Shown here: positions 50,344-60,969 of the stretch, piece after piece | How positions within the stretch are numbered: the stretch's first letter is position 1 | Layout of the letters: the number at the start of each line of letters is the position of its first letter | Assembly (NCBI GenBank): GCA_963796275.1 | Contig: CAWCKY010000002.1 | Location: 128,001 to 192,000 of the forward strand | Reading direction: 5' to 3' | Length of the DNA stretch: 64,000 nt | From: an uncultured Acidobacteriota bacterium | GTDB taxonomy: Bacteria > Acidobacteriota > Blastocatellia > RBC074 | The notes under the pieces: generated by a model | Told to the model about the DNA's origin: nothing | Databases searched by the model: none | What the model saw: only the letters and a program-made list of their open reading frames with translations | Position numbers and translations under genes: made by a program

Positions 50344-51201
50344 ATGGAAAAACACTTTCCCAAATCGTTGCAGGTTGGTTTAATCGGCGCAGGCATTCAG
50401 GCTTCGCGCTCGCCACATCTCCACGAATGCGAGGCCCGCGCGGCAGGCATCGTCTGCTCCTATCGATTGATCGATCTGGTGCAACTCGGCGTCGGCGTCG
50501 AATCCTTGCCGCAGCTGCTGGACGCTGTCCAGCAGCAGGGATTCGCCGGAGTCAATATCACACATCCCTGCAAACAATCGGTCATTCCGCTGCTAGACGA
50601 ACTGTCGGAGGATGCCACCATCATCGGTGCGGTCAACACGGTGGTTTTTTCCGCAGGCAAACGAATCGGGCACAATACCGATTGCTGGGGGTTTGCCGAA
50701 AGTTTCCGGCGAGGCCTTGCCGATGTTGCACGCAACCAAGTAGTCCTGCTCGGCGCGGGCGGCGCGGGATCCGCCGTAGCCAGCGCCGCACTACAAGTCG
50801 GTGTCACAAGGTTGGTGATTCACGATGTGATTTATTCGCGCGCCATTGCGCTTGCCGAACGATTGCGCCCACGTTTTGGCGCGGATCGCATCGCCATCGT
50901 CACTGACCTCTCGTCGGCAATGGCCGCGGCTGATGGATTGATTCAAGCGACACCCATCGGTATGCTCGGCCATCCTGGATTGCCGTTGCCCATTGAATTG
51001 CTGCGGCCTGCACATTGGGTCGCCGAGATCATTTACTTTCCGCTCGAGACAGAATTGCTGAAGTTAGCGCGCCTGCTGGGTTGCCGCACACTGGACGGTA
51101 GCGGAATGGTTGTCTTTCAGGCCGCCGAAGCGTTCCGCCTATTTACTGGCGTGGCGCCGGATTACGAAAGGATGCTGAGATGTTTCGCCATCCTGAGCTA
51201 A
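50344..51201 (+). CDS. Shikimate/quinate dehydrogenase (AroE family, QsuD/YdiB-like)
   Basis: SRSPHLH, GVNITHPCK, GAVNT, GHNTD, GAGGAG. An Asp (IHDV) replaces the NR motif of NADP-dependent AroE. Confidence 0.88.
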   Translation: MEKHFPKSLQVGLIGAGIQASRSPHLHECEARAAGIVCSYRLIDLVQLGVGVESLPQLLDAVQQQGFAGVNITHPCKQSVIPLLDELSEDATIIGAVNTVVFSAGKRIGHNTDCWGFAESFRRGLADVARNQVVLLGAGGAGSAVASAALQVGVTRLVIHDVIYSRAIALAERLRPRFGADRIAIVTDLSSAMAAADGLIQATPIGMLGHPGLPLPIELLRPAHWVAEIIYFPLETELLKLARLLGCRTLDGSGMVVFQAAEAFRLFTGVAPDYERMLRCFAILS

Positions 51202-51249
51202 TCACGGCCGTAGAACAAATAAAGTATGGGCTTCCGGACAGCATTAAGT

Positions 51250-51281
51250 CCAGGTGTGGAGCGCAAAGCGCTCCCACCTGG
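51250..51281. repeat. Strong hairpin (REP-like or bidirectional terminator) between convergent genes
   Basis: CCAGGTG-T-GGAGCGC-AAA-GCGCTCC-CACCTGG. Confidence 0.6.
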
Positions 51282-51314
51282 CTGTTATCTGTGCGACCCG
51301 CTGGGGGCTCGTCG

Positions 51315-53537
51315 CTAACGATAACGAAGGTTACCAACTTTTGTAATGAAAGCATCATCGGAGACGCCTCGAAGTTCCTTCTGAAAAGCCTCCGGCGTAG
51401 TCGGGAAGTCGGCCGAGCTTGTGCTCCCAACTACATAGGCATTCCCACGAATATCCAATGCAATTCCCTGCCCGAATTCCGAGGCGCTCCCGCCCAGGTG
51501 TGTGGAATAGACAAAACCATATCCATCGTCCTTCAACTTGCTCACGAAAGCATTTAGAGATGGTGTGACCGGAGCAGGCTGTACGGGATTGAGAGTCGGG
51601 AAGTCATTCGAATTAGTCGAACCTATGACGTAGGCGTTGCCTCGCGCATCCACCGCTATGCCTGTTCCACCATCGAGGAGGCTTCCACCTAGATAGGTAG
51701 AGTAGTGAATTTTCGTTCCAGATTGATCTATCTTGGCCACGAAGGCATCGTTGCCACCGGCCAAAGATGGTTGCCAGGGATTCATTGTGGGAAAATTGGT
51801 TGAACTGGTGGTCCCAGTAACATAAACATTACCACGAGCGTCCAAGGCGAGGCCATTCCCTATATCCGCGCCGTTACCTCCGAAGTAGGTTGAATAGATG
51901 AAGGCCGTGCCGCTGACGTCCAGCTTCGTCACGAAGGCATCTCCCCCTCGAATAAACTCTGAGTCGGCGAGCCTGGGCTGCAGCGGATCGGCGGTCGGGA
52001 AATCCATGGAAAAGGTCCCACCCACCAGATAGATGTTGCCGCTGCGATCTACCGCGATGTCACTGCCGAGATCGGCATCGCTGCCTCCGAGGTAGGTCGA
52101 GTAGACGAGCGCCGAACCCGCAGAGTTCAACTTGGTCACGAATGCATCCTGGGAGTTTGCGCGAGCCGGTTGCAGAGGATTCATCGTCGGGAAGTCGATC
52201 GACAGGGTAGAACCAGTCAGGTAGACGTTCCCCTGCCTATCAATCGCCAGGCCCAGACCTCGTTCTATTGAGCTGCCTCCCAGATAGGTCGAATAGATGA
52301 GCGCTGACCCGACAGGGTTCAACTTGGTTACAAAGACGTCTACAGCGCCTGAGAGAGCCGGTTGCAGAGGATTCATCGTCGGGAAATCGCCCGAGGCAGT
52401 ATAACCGGTCAGATAGGCATTTCCTTCCCGGTCAACCTCAATGTCAAGACCCTCTTCGCTGCCGTTGCCCCCGAGATAGGTCGAGTAGACCAGCGCCGAC
52501 CCATTCGCGTTGAGTTTGGTCACAAAAACATCAGAAGCCAGGCCCCCGCCGGGAGCCGGCTGTAGAGGATCGGCTGTCGGGAAGTCCGGTGAAAAGGTAA
52601 GCCCGCTGACATAGGCATTTCCGGCGGCATCGACGGCAACCCCCTGAGCGACATCAGACGCGGTGCCTCCGAGGTAGGTGGAGTAGCCCAGGACAGGATC
52701 GATCACCAGTGACTGGGCCGTATCATAAGCAGCCACCTCGAATCCGACATGTTGCCCTCCTCTCAGCACATAACGGCTGAGTATCTCCCGTCTACGGCCA
52801 TTCATTTCCTGATAGGTCACAGGTTTGCGCTGACGCAGCTCACCGCCCTCTATGTGCAGGATGAGATCACCTTGCCCATCCACCTCCATCCGGTCCGCCC
52901 CATCAAAGGTGAGCGTGATGGCATTGGGATCGGCGCCGGGCGATACGACGAAGTCATACTCGAGTTGCTGCTGGTTGCCATAGTAGATCAGATCGATTCC
53001 GGGATAGACACTACTGTAACGCACCTGTGCATAGTTCGTAACATTCCTGCGCCATCGGCTCGGATCGTTGCCGATGAAATAGTTGCTCTTACCCGGAAGC
53101 GCATCCACCCCTTCGATATGCGGTGCAGAGTTGGCGCCGGTGAGCTTCATTCGGACCACCGATCGCAGATCGGCACAGCTCACCGCTCTTTCACTTCGTA
53201 GCGCCAGTACGGCCTCGGTTGGAGTCAGAAACAGGTTGTAGCCATTGCCGCGGGAGAAAAATTTAACCCGCGCATCAGTCTGGCCCGCATTGGCTTCGAA
53301 CCTCATGGGCAGGTTGCCGTATGCCTCAGTCGTGCGAGCCCTGGACTGTTGATCGGCACCTGACAACGGTGTGCGGAAACTATATTTTTCGGTATTCACT
53401 GTAGGGGCAACGGAGAATCGGTCAGGCGCCCCTGACCGGCGCCAGGCAAATGCCGGTCCTGCCGGAAGATGGAAAAGGCCAATCATGATCAGAGTGAGCG
53501 TGATTATCCGCCGAACGGAATTTCCCGAAAGTTGCAT
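51315..53537 (-). CDS. SBBP (beta-propeller) repeat secreted protein
   Basis: AGGAG RBS; signal peptide; LPMRFEANAGQ, YPGIDLIYYG N-domain; repeated YSTYLGG...IAVD..GN.Y..G.T.S.DFPT...DAFVTKL units. Confidence 0.88.
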   Translation of the reverse strand: MQLSGNSVRRIITLTLIMIGLFHLPAGPAFAWRRSGAPDRFSVAPTVNTEKYSFRTPLSGADQQSRARTTEAYGNLPMRFEANAGQTDARVKFFSRGNGYNLFLTPTEAVLALRSERAVSCADLRSVVRMKLTGANSAPHIEGVDALPGKSNYFIGNDPSRWRRNVTNYAQVRYSSVYPGIDLIYYGNQQQLEYDFVVSPGADPNAITLTFDGADRMEVDGQGDLILHIEGGELRQRKPVTYQEMNGRRREILSRYVLRGGQHVGFEVAAYDTAQSLVIDPVLGYSTYLGGTASDVAQGVAVDAAGNAYVSGLTFSPDFPTADPLQPAPGGGLASDVFVTKLNANGSALVYSTYLGGNGSEEGLDIEVDREGNAYLTGYTASGDFPTMNPLQPALSGAVDVFVTKLNPVGSALIYSTYLGGSSIERGLGLAIDRQGNVYLTGSTLSIDFPTMNPLQPARANSQDAFVTKLNSAGSALVYSTYLGGSDADLGSDIAVDRSGNIYLVGGTFSMDFPTADPLQPRLADSEFIRGGDAFVTKLDVSGTAFIYSTYFGGNGADIGNGLALDARGNVYVTGTTSSTNFPTMNPWQPSLAGGNDAFVAKIDQSGTKIHYSTYLGGSLLDGGTGIAVDARGNAYVIGSTNSNDFPTLNPVQPAPVTPSLNAFVSKLKDDGYGFVYSTHLGGSASEFGQGIALDIRGNAYVVGSTSSADFPTTPEAFQKELRGVSDDAFITKVGNLRYR

Positions 53538-54043
53538 GAAACGTCTCCTATTGTAGATGGGAAAACCTAAACCAACGCACACCGGACCGATACAGTGGTG
53601 ATTGACCGAAGATCGACATTCACCAGACTACCTGCGCCGATCTGCAAGATCAGCGTCGATCCGAGGTTTCACCGACATTCAACTATCTTCAGATGTACCA
53701 ATCCATGGTGTTCTAATTTAGGTTCAAAAAGGGGTATTCATTGGCATAAAGTTGCTGACTGAGGATGGATATTACCATGAGGTAAAATATTCTGGCATTT
53801 CTAAACCTGATACCATAGCCCGGCATTAGTTCTAAATGGTTTTCAAAAGAACGTCACACTTCATCCCTGCCCTTCGCCAAAATTCGTTTTTGCCCTGGCG
53901 ACATCTCTTTTTCTTCAGTATTTTTTGTCACCCTGGAATAGAATGAAACATGACTGAGCTGATTATAAACGTCTTCGGATTAATCGGTTCATTAAAACTT
54001 CACATTGGCTTTGACGTTGGAAGTGCCGGTACAACTAAGCTGA

Positions 54044-55282
54044 ATGAAATCTGAGATCATCACCACCCACCTACATCTCACGCTGAGCGAGGCGCGTCGA
54101 ATCGCGTTATCGGCACAGGGCTTTGATCGCCCACGTCCGAAAAGAAAAGTGAATGCGAATCATATCAGCGACGCGATACGCCGGCTCGGCCTTGTGCAGA
54201 TCGATTACGTCAACGTCCTGACGCCAGCGCACTATCTGGTACTCTTCTCGCGGCTCGGCCCATACGAAAATTCGATCTTCGATGATCTTATTTACCGGCG
54301 GCGCGTATTCACCGAGCAGTGGGCGCACGAGGCGTCGATCCTGCCGATGGAGAGTTGGCCATTGTTGCGCCATCGTATGGAAACGCACAGAGTACGCCCG
54401 TGGGGTTTTGAATCGTTTATAAAAGAGCGTGGGGATTACGTCGATCGGGTGCTCGACGAAGTGCGTTCGCGCGGGCCGCTCGGCGCCGACGATCTGCAGG
54501 CGCCGGAAGGAATGTCTCATCGTCTTCCTGTGACCTGGGGAGGGACAGTTAGCAGGGCCTCCAGGGCCGTGCTCGAAGCGCTGTTCGGACGTGGCAAGCT
54601 TGCGGTAGCGGAAAGGCGTCCCAATTTCTCGCGTACCTATGACCTGGCGGAGCGCGTGATCCCGACTGAGCATCACGGCCGCAAGATAGAACGCGATGAA
54701 GCTCAGCGTGAATTGCTGCGACTGGCTACCCGTTCGCACGGCGTCGGCACGGCCGGCGATCTGGCCGATTATTACCGCATGCCAATTCGAGAAGCCCGTC
54801 AGCGCATTTCCGAACTGGTCGAGGCGGGAGAATTACACGAGGCGCGCGTCGAAGGCTGGCGTGAACCGGCTTATCTTCACCCCAAGGCGCAAGCGCCCAA
54901 GCGAATCAATTCCTCGGCGTTGCTGTCGCCGTTCGATCCAGTGGTTTGGAATCGCCAGCGCGCGGCGCGGCTCTTTGGATTTGATTATCGCATAGAGATA
55001 TACACACCGCAGGAGAAGCGCCGTTGGGGTTACTACGTATTACCTTTTCTGCTCGGCGAGCGCATTGCCGCTCGCGTTGACCTTAAAGCTGACCGTGCCG
55101 CGCGCCGATTGCTAGCACCAGCGGCCTACCTTGAGCCTGGAGCCGATCCTGGCGAGGCTGCCGATGCGCTCGCGACGGAGTTGCTTAGAATGGCGATCTG
55201 GCTAGGGCTCGACTCCGTCCATGTTGAAAATCGCAACGGTTTTGCCCGGAGGCTCGCCGCCGCCGTTCGCGCTCGCGTTTGA
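54044..55282 (+). CDS. ycaQ: YcaQ/AlkZ-family winged-helix DNA glycosylase (crosslink repair)
   Basis: ARRIALSAQGF, LVQIDYVNV (QxD), FSRLGPY, EQWAHEAS, LLSPFDPVVW, YRIEIYTP..KRRWGYYVLPFL. Confidence 0.88.
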   Translation: MKSEIITTHLHLTLSEARRIALSAQGFDRPRPKRKVNANHISDAIRRLGLVQIDYVNVLTPAHYLVLFSRLGPYENSIFDDLIYRRRVFTEQWAHEASILPMESWPLLRHRMETHRVRPWGFESFIKERGDYVDRVLDEVRSRGPLGADDLQAPEGMSHRLPVTWGGTVSRASRAVLEALFGRGKLAVAERRPNFSRTYDLAERVIPTEHHGRKIERDEAQRELLRLATRSHGVGTAGDLADYYRMPIREARQRISELVEAGELHEARVEGWREPAYLHPKAQAPKRINSSALLSPFDPVVWNRQRAARLFGFDYRIEIYTPQEKRRWGYYVLPFLLGERIAARVDLKADRAARRLLAPAAYLEPGADPGEAADALATELLRMAIWLGLDSVHVENRNGFARRLAAAVRARV

Positions 55283-55407
55283 TTAAGCAGGATGGATAGA
55301 TGACGATTATCACAAATGCCGAGAACTATTGTCCTTACCTGCGCAGGTATCGAAAGAACTCAAAAAAAAGACCAGTGGTTAAGTAGTAATCAGCTTGCTA
55401 TAAGTTG

Positions 55408-57393
55408 TTAATAATCTATCTTGACCGTCAGGTTCCTTGTCTCCTCGGTGTTGCCGGCGCGGTCGACCGACCGGTAATTGACGGTAGTGATGCCTTCATT
55501 GCTGATTACCAGCCTGCCGGCATAAGGCAGCCAGGTCGCTCCGCCGTCGGTCGAAAACTCTGTTCCGGCTACGCCTGAGCAATTGTCTATCCCCCTCAAC
55601 GTTACAGTAACATCCCGGGTGTACCACCCGTTAGCATCATTCGGTGCGGCTGGCGAGATAGTGGCACTGGTCACCGGTGCGATCTTTTCCGGCTGCAGAT
55701 CGGCATTCGCCACAGTCCCGGCTGTTACCGAGATGAGGCACGAATGAAGACTCTCTGATCCCAGTTCAGCTCTCACCAGATATCGGCCGGGAGTTAAATC
55801 GACACCACCAAAAAATCCGCCGCCGTCCGTCGCAGTTATGTGTCTGGCGGAGTTATCCAGATTCTCAATGGTCACCTTTGCCGTATCGAGCGGCGTTCCG
55901 CCAGGTCGTTTCGCAAAGCCCATCAGATGGCCGAGCGCCGGTGAGGCTTTCCAGGGGAGAGTCGGGATAGCGGCTGTTTGCTCGAAAACGGGAGCATGGT
56001 AAGTAGCGGGGTTTTCGTAGAGTCGGCTGCCGTCGATCGATTTGCCTGTGGTCAGTCCCGCGGCCAGCTCGGTGAATGGGCGCGGCGGCGGCTTCTTCTC
56101 CGTGGGGATCGAACGCAGATTCGCGGAAACCGCGGCGTTCGAACTCGCCATTGAATAGAAGATCGTTCCGAGGGTGCTTTTTCCTGTAGTCGATGGCGAG
56201 AGCGCGCGCCGGGTCTGTCTCAGGGTTCCCTCGATCGAGTTGAGATAAACGCCGATCCCAACCAGCGCGGAGCGGTTGTATTGGTGATTCTTCACCCATT
56301 CGCTCCACCGATCGAATTGCCTCACACCGGATGAAGCATTCTCGCGTTTATAGTTCATCGGCATGGCGATGTCCAGAACGCCCTCCTCGATCCATGCCCT
56401 CCAATCCTGAAAGACACGCCAATAGGGTTCTGCCGCCCGCCATGATGTTTCCGTGGTTGGGCGGCCGCCGAATGCGATGAGCGCCGCAGATACTTTCACG
56501 CGAGGCTTGAGAGCGACGGTGTTGAGATAGATGCGACGAACCAGATTGGTCACCTGATCACGGCGCCACTGGCTCCAGCGCGGATCGTTCTGAGCCGGCG
56601 GCGGAGATCCTGCGGCGATGCCATGGCGCCGCTGAAACCGCGCCACGTTGGTTTCGTTATAACCGATATTCGTCCCCGTAGACGGCGTTTGACCCGAGAT
56701 GGATATTTCAGGATATCGAATTCGATCCAGATGCAGACCATCTATATCGTAGCTGCGGACGAGATGCATCAGCGCATTGACGGTGTAGGCCGCCGCGTCC
56801 GGGTGGCCCGGCTCCATCCAGAATTCCGATCCGATGCGATGCCCCTGAAAGGTGACACCGCCGGCCCCATCCGGGAGAAGCGTGCGGGTCAGCCAGTTGT
56901 TCGGTCCGGGTATCACTTGCATCGTAATCGGATCATAGCCGCCGTGCAGGTTGAAGATATGATTCGGATTGGTCGGCGGCCCCAGGGTGGCGGTCGGAGC
57001 AAAGGTTGGATTCTTGTTCCAGACCGCACCGATGATGACGAAGGCATGTACTTCGATACCGTGGGCGTGAGCGTGGGTAATCAGATCGTGCAGAGGATCG
57101 AAGCCGGGCGCAATCGGAATAAAGTCCGGCAGAGGCTCGAGCGATTCTAGGTACCAGGAATCGCCGCGCCGCCGCACCTGTGCGATGATCGCGTTTGCTT
57201 TGGCCATCCGGGCATTATTCACTACCGCGACGATATCGTCGTGGTTGTTGAGCGCTGTATTGAAGGTGTCGACCCAGAATGCGCGATACCGGCTGAGGGA
57301 TTTTGCCGGTGTCGAAGGAACGATCAGGATAACGCCGATTAAAAGTCCAATGAAATGCCGGTAAAAATGATAAATATTAATCGAGATGGCCAT
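55408..57393 (-). CDS. GHL10 (YddW/DigH-like) glycoside hydrolase with C-terminal carboxypeptidase-regulatory and Ig-like domains
   Basis: Signal/TM segment; RAFWVD; QVRRRGDSWY; FDPL; HGIEVHA; YDIDGLHLD; QDWRAW; PMNY; C-terminal YRSVDRAGNTE. Confidence 0.85.
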   Translation of the reverse strand: MAISINIYHFYRHFIGLLIGVILIVPSTPAKSLSRYRAFWVDTFNTALNNHDDIVAVVNNARMAKANAIIAQVRRRGDSWYLESLEPLPDFIPIAPGFDPLHDLITHAHAHGIEVHAFVIIGAVWNKNPTFAPTATLGPPTNPNHIFNLHGGYDPITMQVIPGPNNWLTRTLLPDGAGGVTFQGHRIGSEFWMEPGHPDAAAYTVNALMHLVRSYDIDGLHLDRIRYPEISISGQTPSTGTNIGYNETNVARFQRRHGIAAGSPPPAQNDPRWSQWRRDQVTNLVRRIYLNTVALKPRVKVSAALIAFGGRPTTETSWRAAEPYWRVFQDWRAWIEEGVLDIAMPMNYKRENASSGVRQFDRWSEWVKNHQYNRSALVGIGVYLNSIEGTLRQTRRALSPSTTGKSTLGTIFYSMASSNAAVSANLRSIPTEKKPPPRPFTELAAGLTTGKSIDGSRLYENPATYHAPVFEQTAAIPTLPWKASPALGHLMGFAKRPGGTPLDTAKVTIENLDNSARHITATDGGGFFGGVDLTPGRYLVRAELGSESLHSCLISVTAGTVANADLQPEKIAPVTSATISPAAPNDANGWYTRDVTVTLRGIDNCSGVAGTEFSTDGGATWLPYAGRLVISNEGITTVNYRSVDRAGNTEETRNLTVKIDY

Positions 57394-57670
57394 GTCGAAG
57401 ACACTTGGGACCAGTGCGATCTTGCATTCTTTCTCTTCTTCAATCTCCTTTCAATGGTGTGATTCAATTGTTCGATTGTTCAATTAAGGTCTGAAAGCAG
57501 GGGAAGTCGTGAGATCGGGCAGAGTCTATGGTAGTGAGAGACGTTCGGTCAATAGAACATGGGCCGAATTATCAGCATTTCATCTAAAATTGCGATACGC
57601 GATCTCGTCGGGTTTTCAACAGAAGCGAAATCTACAAATCAGACTGCAGGCGATATTTGACTCCCAGCTC

Positions 57671-57767
57671 CAGTACTCCGATGATCTTTTATGGCCTCCC
57701 ATCCAGGTGTGTCACGACCGATGACGCAGGGATCAGAGCCGAATCGCTCGCACCAGAGCCGAGACTA
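57671..57767 (-). pseudogene. Tiny remnant of an ADOP/MacB-like ABC permease
   Basis: Minus strand LWCERFGSDPCVIGR, frameshift, HLDGRP*KIIGVL, matching the W..RFG.DP..IGR...LDG.P..IIGV pattern. Confidence 0.55.
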
Positions 57768-58383
57768 TCGGTCCAAGCCTTCAAATCGTATTTGGCACGC
57801 GAGCGGTCGTTGCGACGTGAAATGGCAGGGTTCGAAAAAATCTTGTGACTAAGCGAAGCTTTTTCGCTTTTCGTGTGTATTAAGTAACGAGCAGATTTTT
57901 CAGACTACTGGTCAGGCAATTACTGGTATTGTTCTCCGTTACCGTTGATTAAACTTGTTTCAGGTATCCCACTCCGTATGCCATCATTGCCTATCCTCTA
58001 GCCACTCATCTGACGTCTGGTTCTCTGTCTAAACCGTCAGATATTTCTAGAGCTGCGACCTGATGTTATTCCCCGCAGGTCCGCGAGGGCCGTGGCGCGT
58101 CTGTGAGCATAGCCGCAAAAACACTTGGCCGGACGAAGCTTCTCTCTTAAGGGCCGAATTTGTGAAACGCGTTTTACCACGATCGCTAGCTGGCGATCCT
58201 GAGATCAAGGCCGCAGTGAACATGAGATCAAGCTTCCAACTTTCTAGTTGGTCCGCCTCGGACGTCTGTGATCGGCATCGTATGCAGGCGCCAGAGCCGG
58301 GAATTCTAAATCAACGATGCTATCTCTTACGCTATAGGGTCAGAGTGACTACCAGATTTCGATGAAGGAAAGGAGGCGATTGA

Positions 58384-59274
58384 GTGGCGAAAGATTTCAA
58401 TATTATTCAATGGGTTGTCCCGTTGGCGCTGATCCTCGGTGGCCCGATCCTCGGCGTGTTCGTTGACAAATTTGTCCTCGGCAGGGTCCGGAAGTCCCTT
58501 GCACGGACCGGGTGGGGCGGGGATGAGTTTGTCGTCAACGCGCTGCGTGGCATGCCGATACTGTGGCTGACGCTGCTCGGCGCATATTCAGCTCTGCAAA
58601 GCCTGCCGCTCAGCCCGTCGTTGCAAAGCCTCGCGATGAACGCGTTGCTCGTCGGCGCCATTCTGTCGGTCACGATCACTGCGGCGAAGGTCGCCGCCGG
58701 GCTGGTCGGGGTATATGCGCGTCACATCGAGGGGGCGCTGCCCGCCACAACGCTCTTCACAAATTTGACGAAGCTGCTCGTCTTTTTAATCGGCTCGATG
58801 ATCATCCTTCAGACGCTGAACATCTCGATCACACCGATTCTCACAACGCTGGGTGTGGGCGGGCTGGCGGTCGCTCTGGCGTTACGGGACACGCTTTCGA
58901 ATCTCTTCTCGGGCCTGCAAGTCGTCGCCTCGAGGCAGGTCAAGCCGGGCGATTACGTTAAGCTCGAGTCCGGCGAGGAAGGGTATGTCAATGACATCAC
59001 CTGGCGCAACACGGCGATTCGCGCGCTGCCGAACAACATGGTGATCGTGCCCAACTCCAAGCTGGCTTCCGGCCTTGTCACCAATTACTACCAGCCCGAA
59101 AAAGAGATGTCCGTGCCTGTACAGATCGGGATCAGCTACCAGAGCGATCTGAATAAGCTCGAGCAGGTTACGATTGATGTGGCGAAAGAAGTGACCGGAA
59201 ACACCGTAGATGCCGAACTCCTGCTTCAGCAAGAATATCCACCAACAAGTCCGTCACTTTTTACTTCGCCATAG
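58384..59274 (+). pseudogene. MscS-family mechanosensitive channel, C-terminally truncated
   Basis: LGVGGLAVALALRDTLSNLFSG; VKPGDYV; GYVNDITWRNT; VPNSKL. Similarity stops after VTIDVAKEV (about 59195) and the terminal alpha/beta domain is incomplete. Confidence 0.75.
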
Positions 59275-59306
59275 GGCTATCCTCTCCGAGGGAATGGAAG
59301 TAGATT

Positions 59307-59855
59307 TCACTTTTTCCCCGAATGCGTGTCTTCCCTCTCCGGCAACACCTTCGCTAACACCAGCGCCACTCCAATTCCGATAGAAACCTCGGCGAACCGA
59401 TGAAAGGCGATTCGCCATGAAGGAATCTCCGTCCGCGGCACCATCAACACAATCGCCAGCGTAATGCCTCCGAACCGATATGCAGTAAGATCCGCGCGCG
59501 CCACGGCGCAAAGCAGTCCCAGGATGAACACGCAAGTGCCGAATACAAGCATGTATGGCCCGAAGTAACTTGCCGCAATCGCGCCAACTACCGCACCAAG
59601 CCCCGTCCCGACAAAACGCTGTCGGGAAACGGCTAGCGCCGAACCCAGCGATGACTGTGTAATTGCCAGGGTGGTAATCGGCGCCCAGTATGATTCCGGC
59701 AGCCGGAACAACCGCGCTACCAACAGCGAAGCTACACACGCCATGGCTGTCCGCACGGATTGCACCAAAACCGGCCACTTGACTCTATTATTACTCTGCA
59801 CATTTCCTCTCACCGCCGTGACGACCTTCACTTCTCGTGAGTAAGAACCTGTCAT
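59307..59855 (-). CDS. FUSC / aromatic acid exporter family membrane protein
   Basis: ESYWAPITTLAITQS...RQRFVGTGLGA...RFAEVSIGIGVAL. Confidence 0.8.
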   Translation of the reverse strand: MTGSYSREVKVVTAVRGNVQSNNRVKWPVLVQSVRTAMACVASLLVARLFRLPESYWAPITTLAITQSSLGSALAVSRQRFVGTGLGAVVGAIAASYFGPYMLVFGTCVFILGLLCAVARADLTAYRFGGITLAIVLMVPRTEIPSWRIAFHRFAEVSIGIGVALVLAKVLPEREDTHSGKK

Positions 59856-60019
59856 CTCTCACCACTTAGCAGCCGCGAGGTACGATTGGCGGTCCTACAA
59901 CAATCCACGCCCACAATGCGAAACTTTATGTATGGTCGTAAGCCGCCGACCTGTGCTTACTTCAACCCCAACTTCTCTCAAATTCTCGATGTCAATTTGC
60001 ATGTCTCATCGTTTGAGGG

Positions 60020-60034
60020 GCAAGCTCTGTGCCA
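60020..60034 (-). promoter_or_regulatory. sigma-54 promoter upstream of the FUSC gene
   Basis: Minus strand TGGCACAGAGCTTGC = GG-N10-GC. Confidence 0.65.
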
Positions 60035-60969
60035 CTTGCAGGTAATTTGAACCACCAGTCCTCCTGAGTCATCAGCTCGTGTTCGATTTCGGCAATCGCG
60101 GTTTCGGCATATCTCGGTAGGACTTCGCAGACGGATTGCGGGAAGAAAAGGGGAGTACAACGGATAATATGTCGGTAGATGATTGGTGTACGGCTGATGC
60201 TAAGACATTTTGATGGGCTCGGTCATCCTTATCGGCGATGAAATCAACGCTGAGATCGCCCACTCCGCGGACAAACCCATAATTCCAAAGAGTCCTCCGA
60301 GCAACCGCATGCTGCCTCAAGGAATGTCCCGGCAATCTCACGCCTATTCCCGAAAAGTTTGACACCCGGCAGTCCCAGCAATTACGTTCCTAACCTCATT
60401 GTCACGGAAGCTGTTACCAAGGCAAATGTTCCCACAACTAAGTATATTATAGAAGCGTGTATTCTTGAGTTCACCGCTCGGCGTAAAGATTCGTCGCCGC
60501 AGTTGCCATTCGCTGGTGTCTTATGGCAGTGGCCCATGTAATCCCGGCGGCTTGAGAGGCCGTCAGATATTTGTTGACGACGCCGAGCGAAAGACGGAGC
60601 GTTATCACCGCTCCCTGTCGCCAGCCGCATCCCTCGGGTGAGAAGGCCACTGAAATAACGCCGCAGCTTGAATGATGTACTAATGATTATGTAAACGTTG
60701 GCTGAATCTCCCAAAAGCCTACAGAAATGATAGGCGGGCGTAACACAAGAAAACGTTCGGCGCATAAAAACCATCGCAACAGCAGAAAAGCTGAAGGAGC
60801 TTTGTTCACTGAGTCTTCTTCCCTCCCCTCCCATAAACTGTCTATGCTTAGCACATCCACAACCAAGTTAACAACGAGTCGCTGGGGATGTGAAGTCCTT
60901 GTCTCACCTGGAAGCGATGAATGCGCATGGTCTAAAATGGGCCCTTCAGGTTATCAATGAGGACAGCAT

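Noticed and set aside
53741-53756. TTGGCATAAAGTTGCT as a sigma-54 promoter for ycaQ
   Set aside because: GG-to-GC spacing is 9 nt rather than the required 10.
51315-57393. SBBP, YcaQ and GHL10 genes as one defence or toxin-resistance system
   Set aside because: Mixed orientations, no operon structure, and each is a common stand-alone family.
60072-60960. Short ORFs in the 1-kb gap before the sensor kinase
   Set aside because: No RBS or motif support and overlapping frames on both strands.
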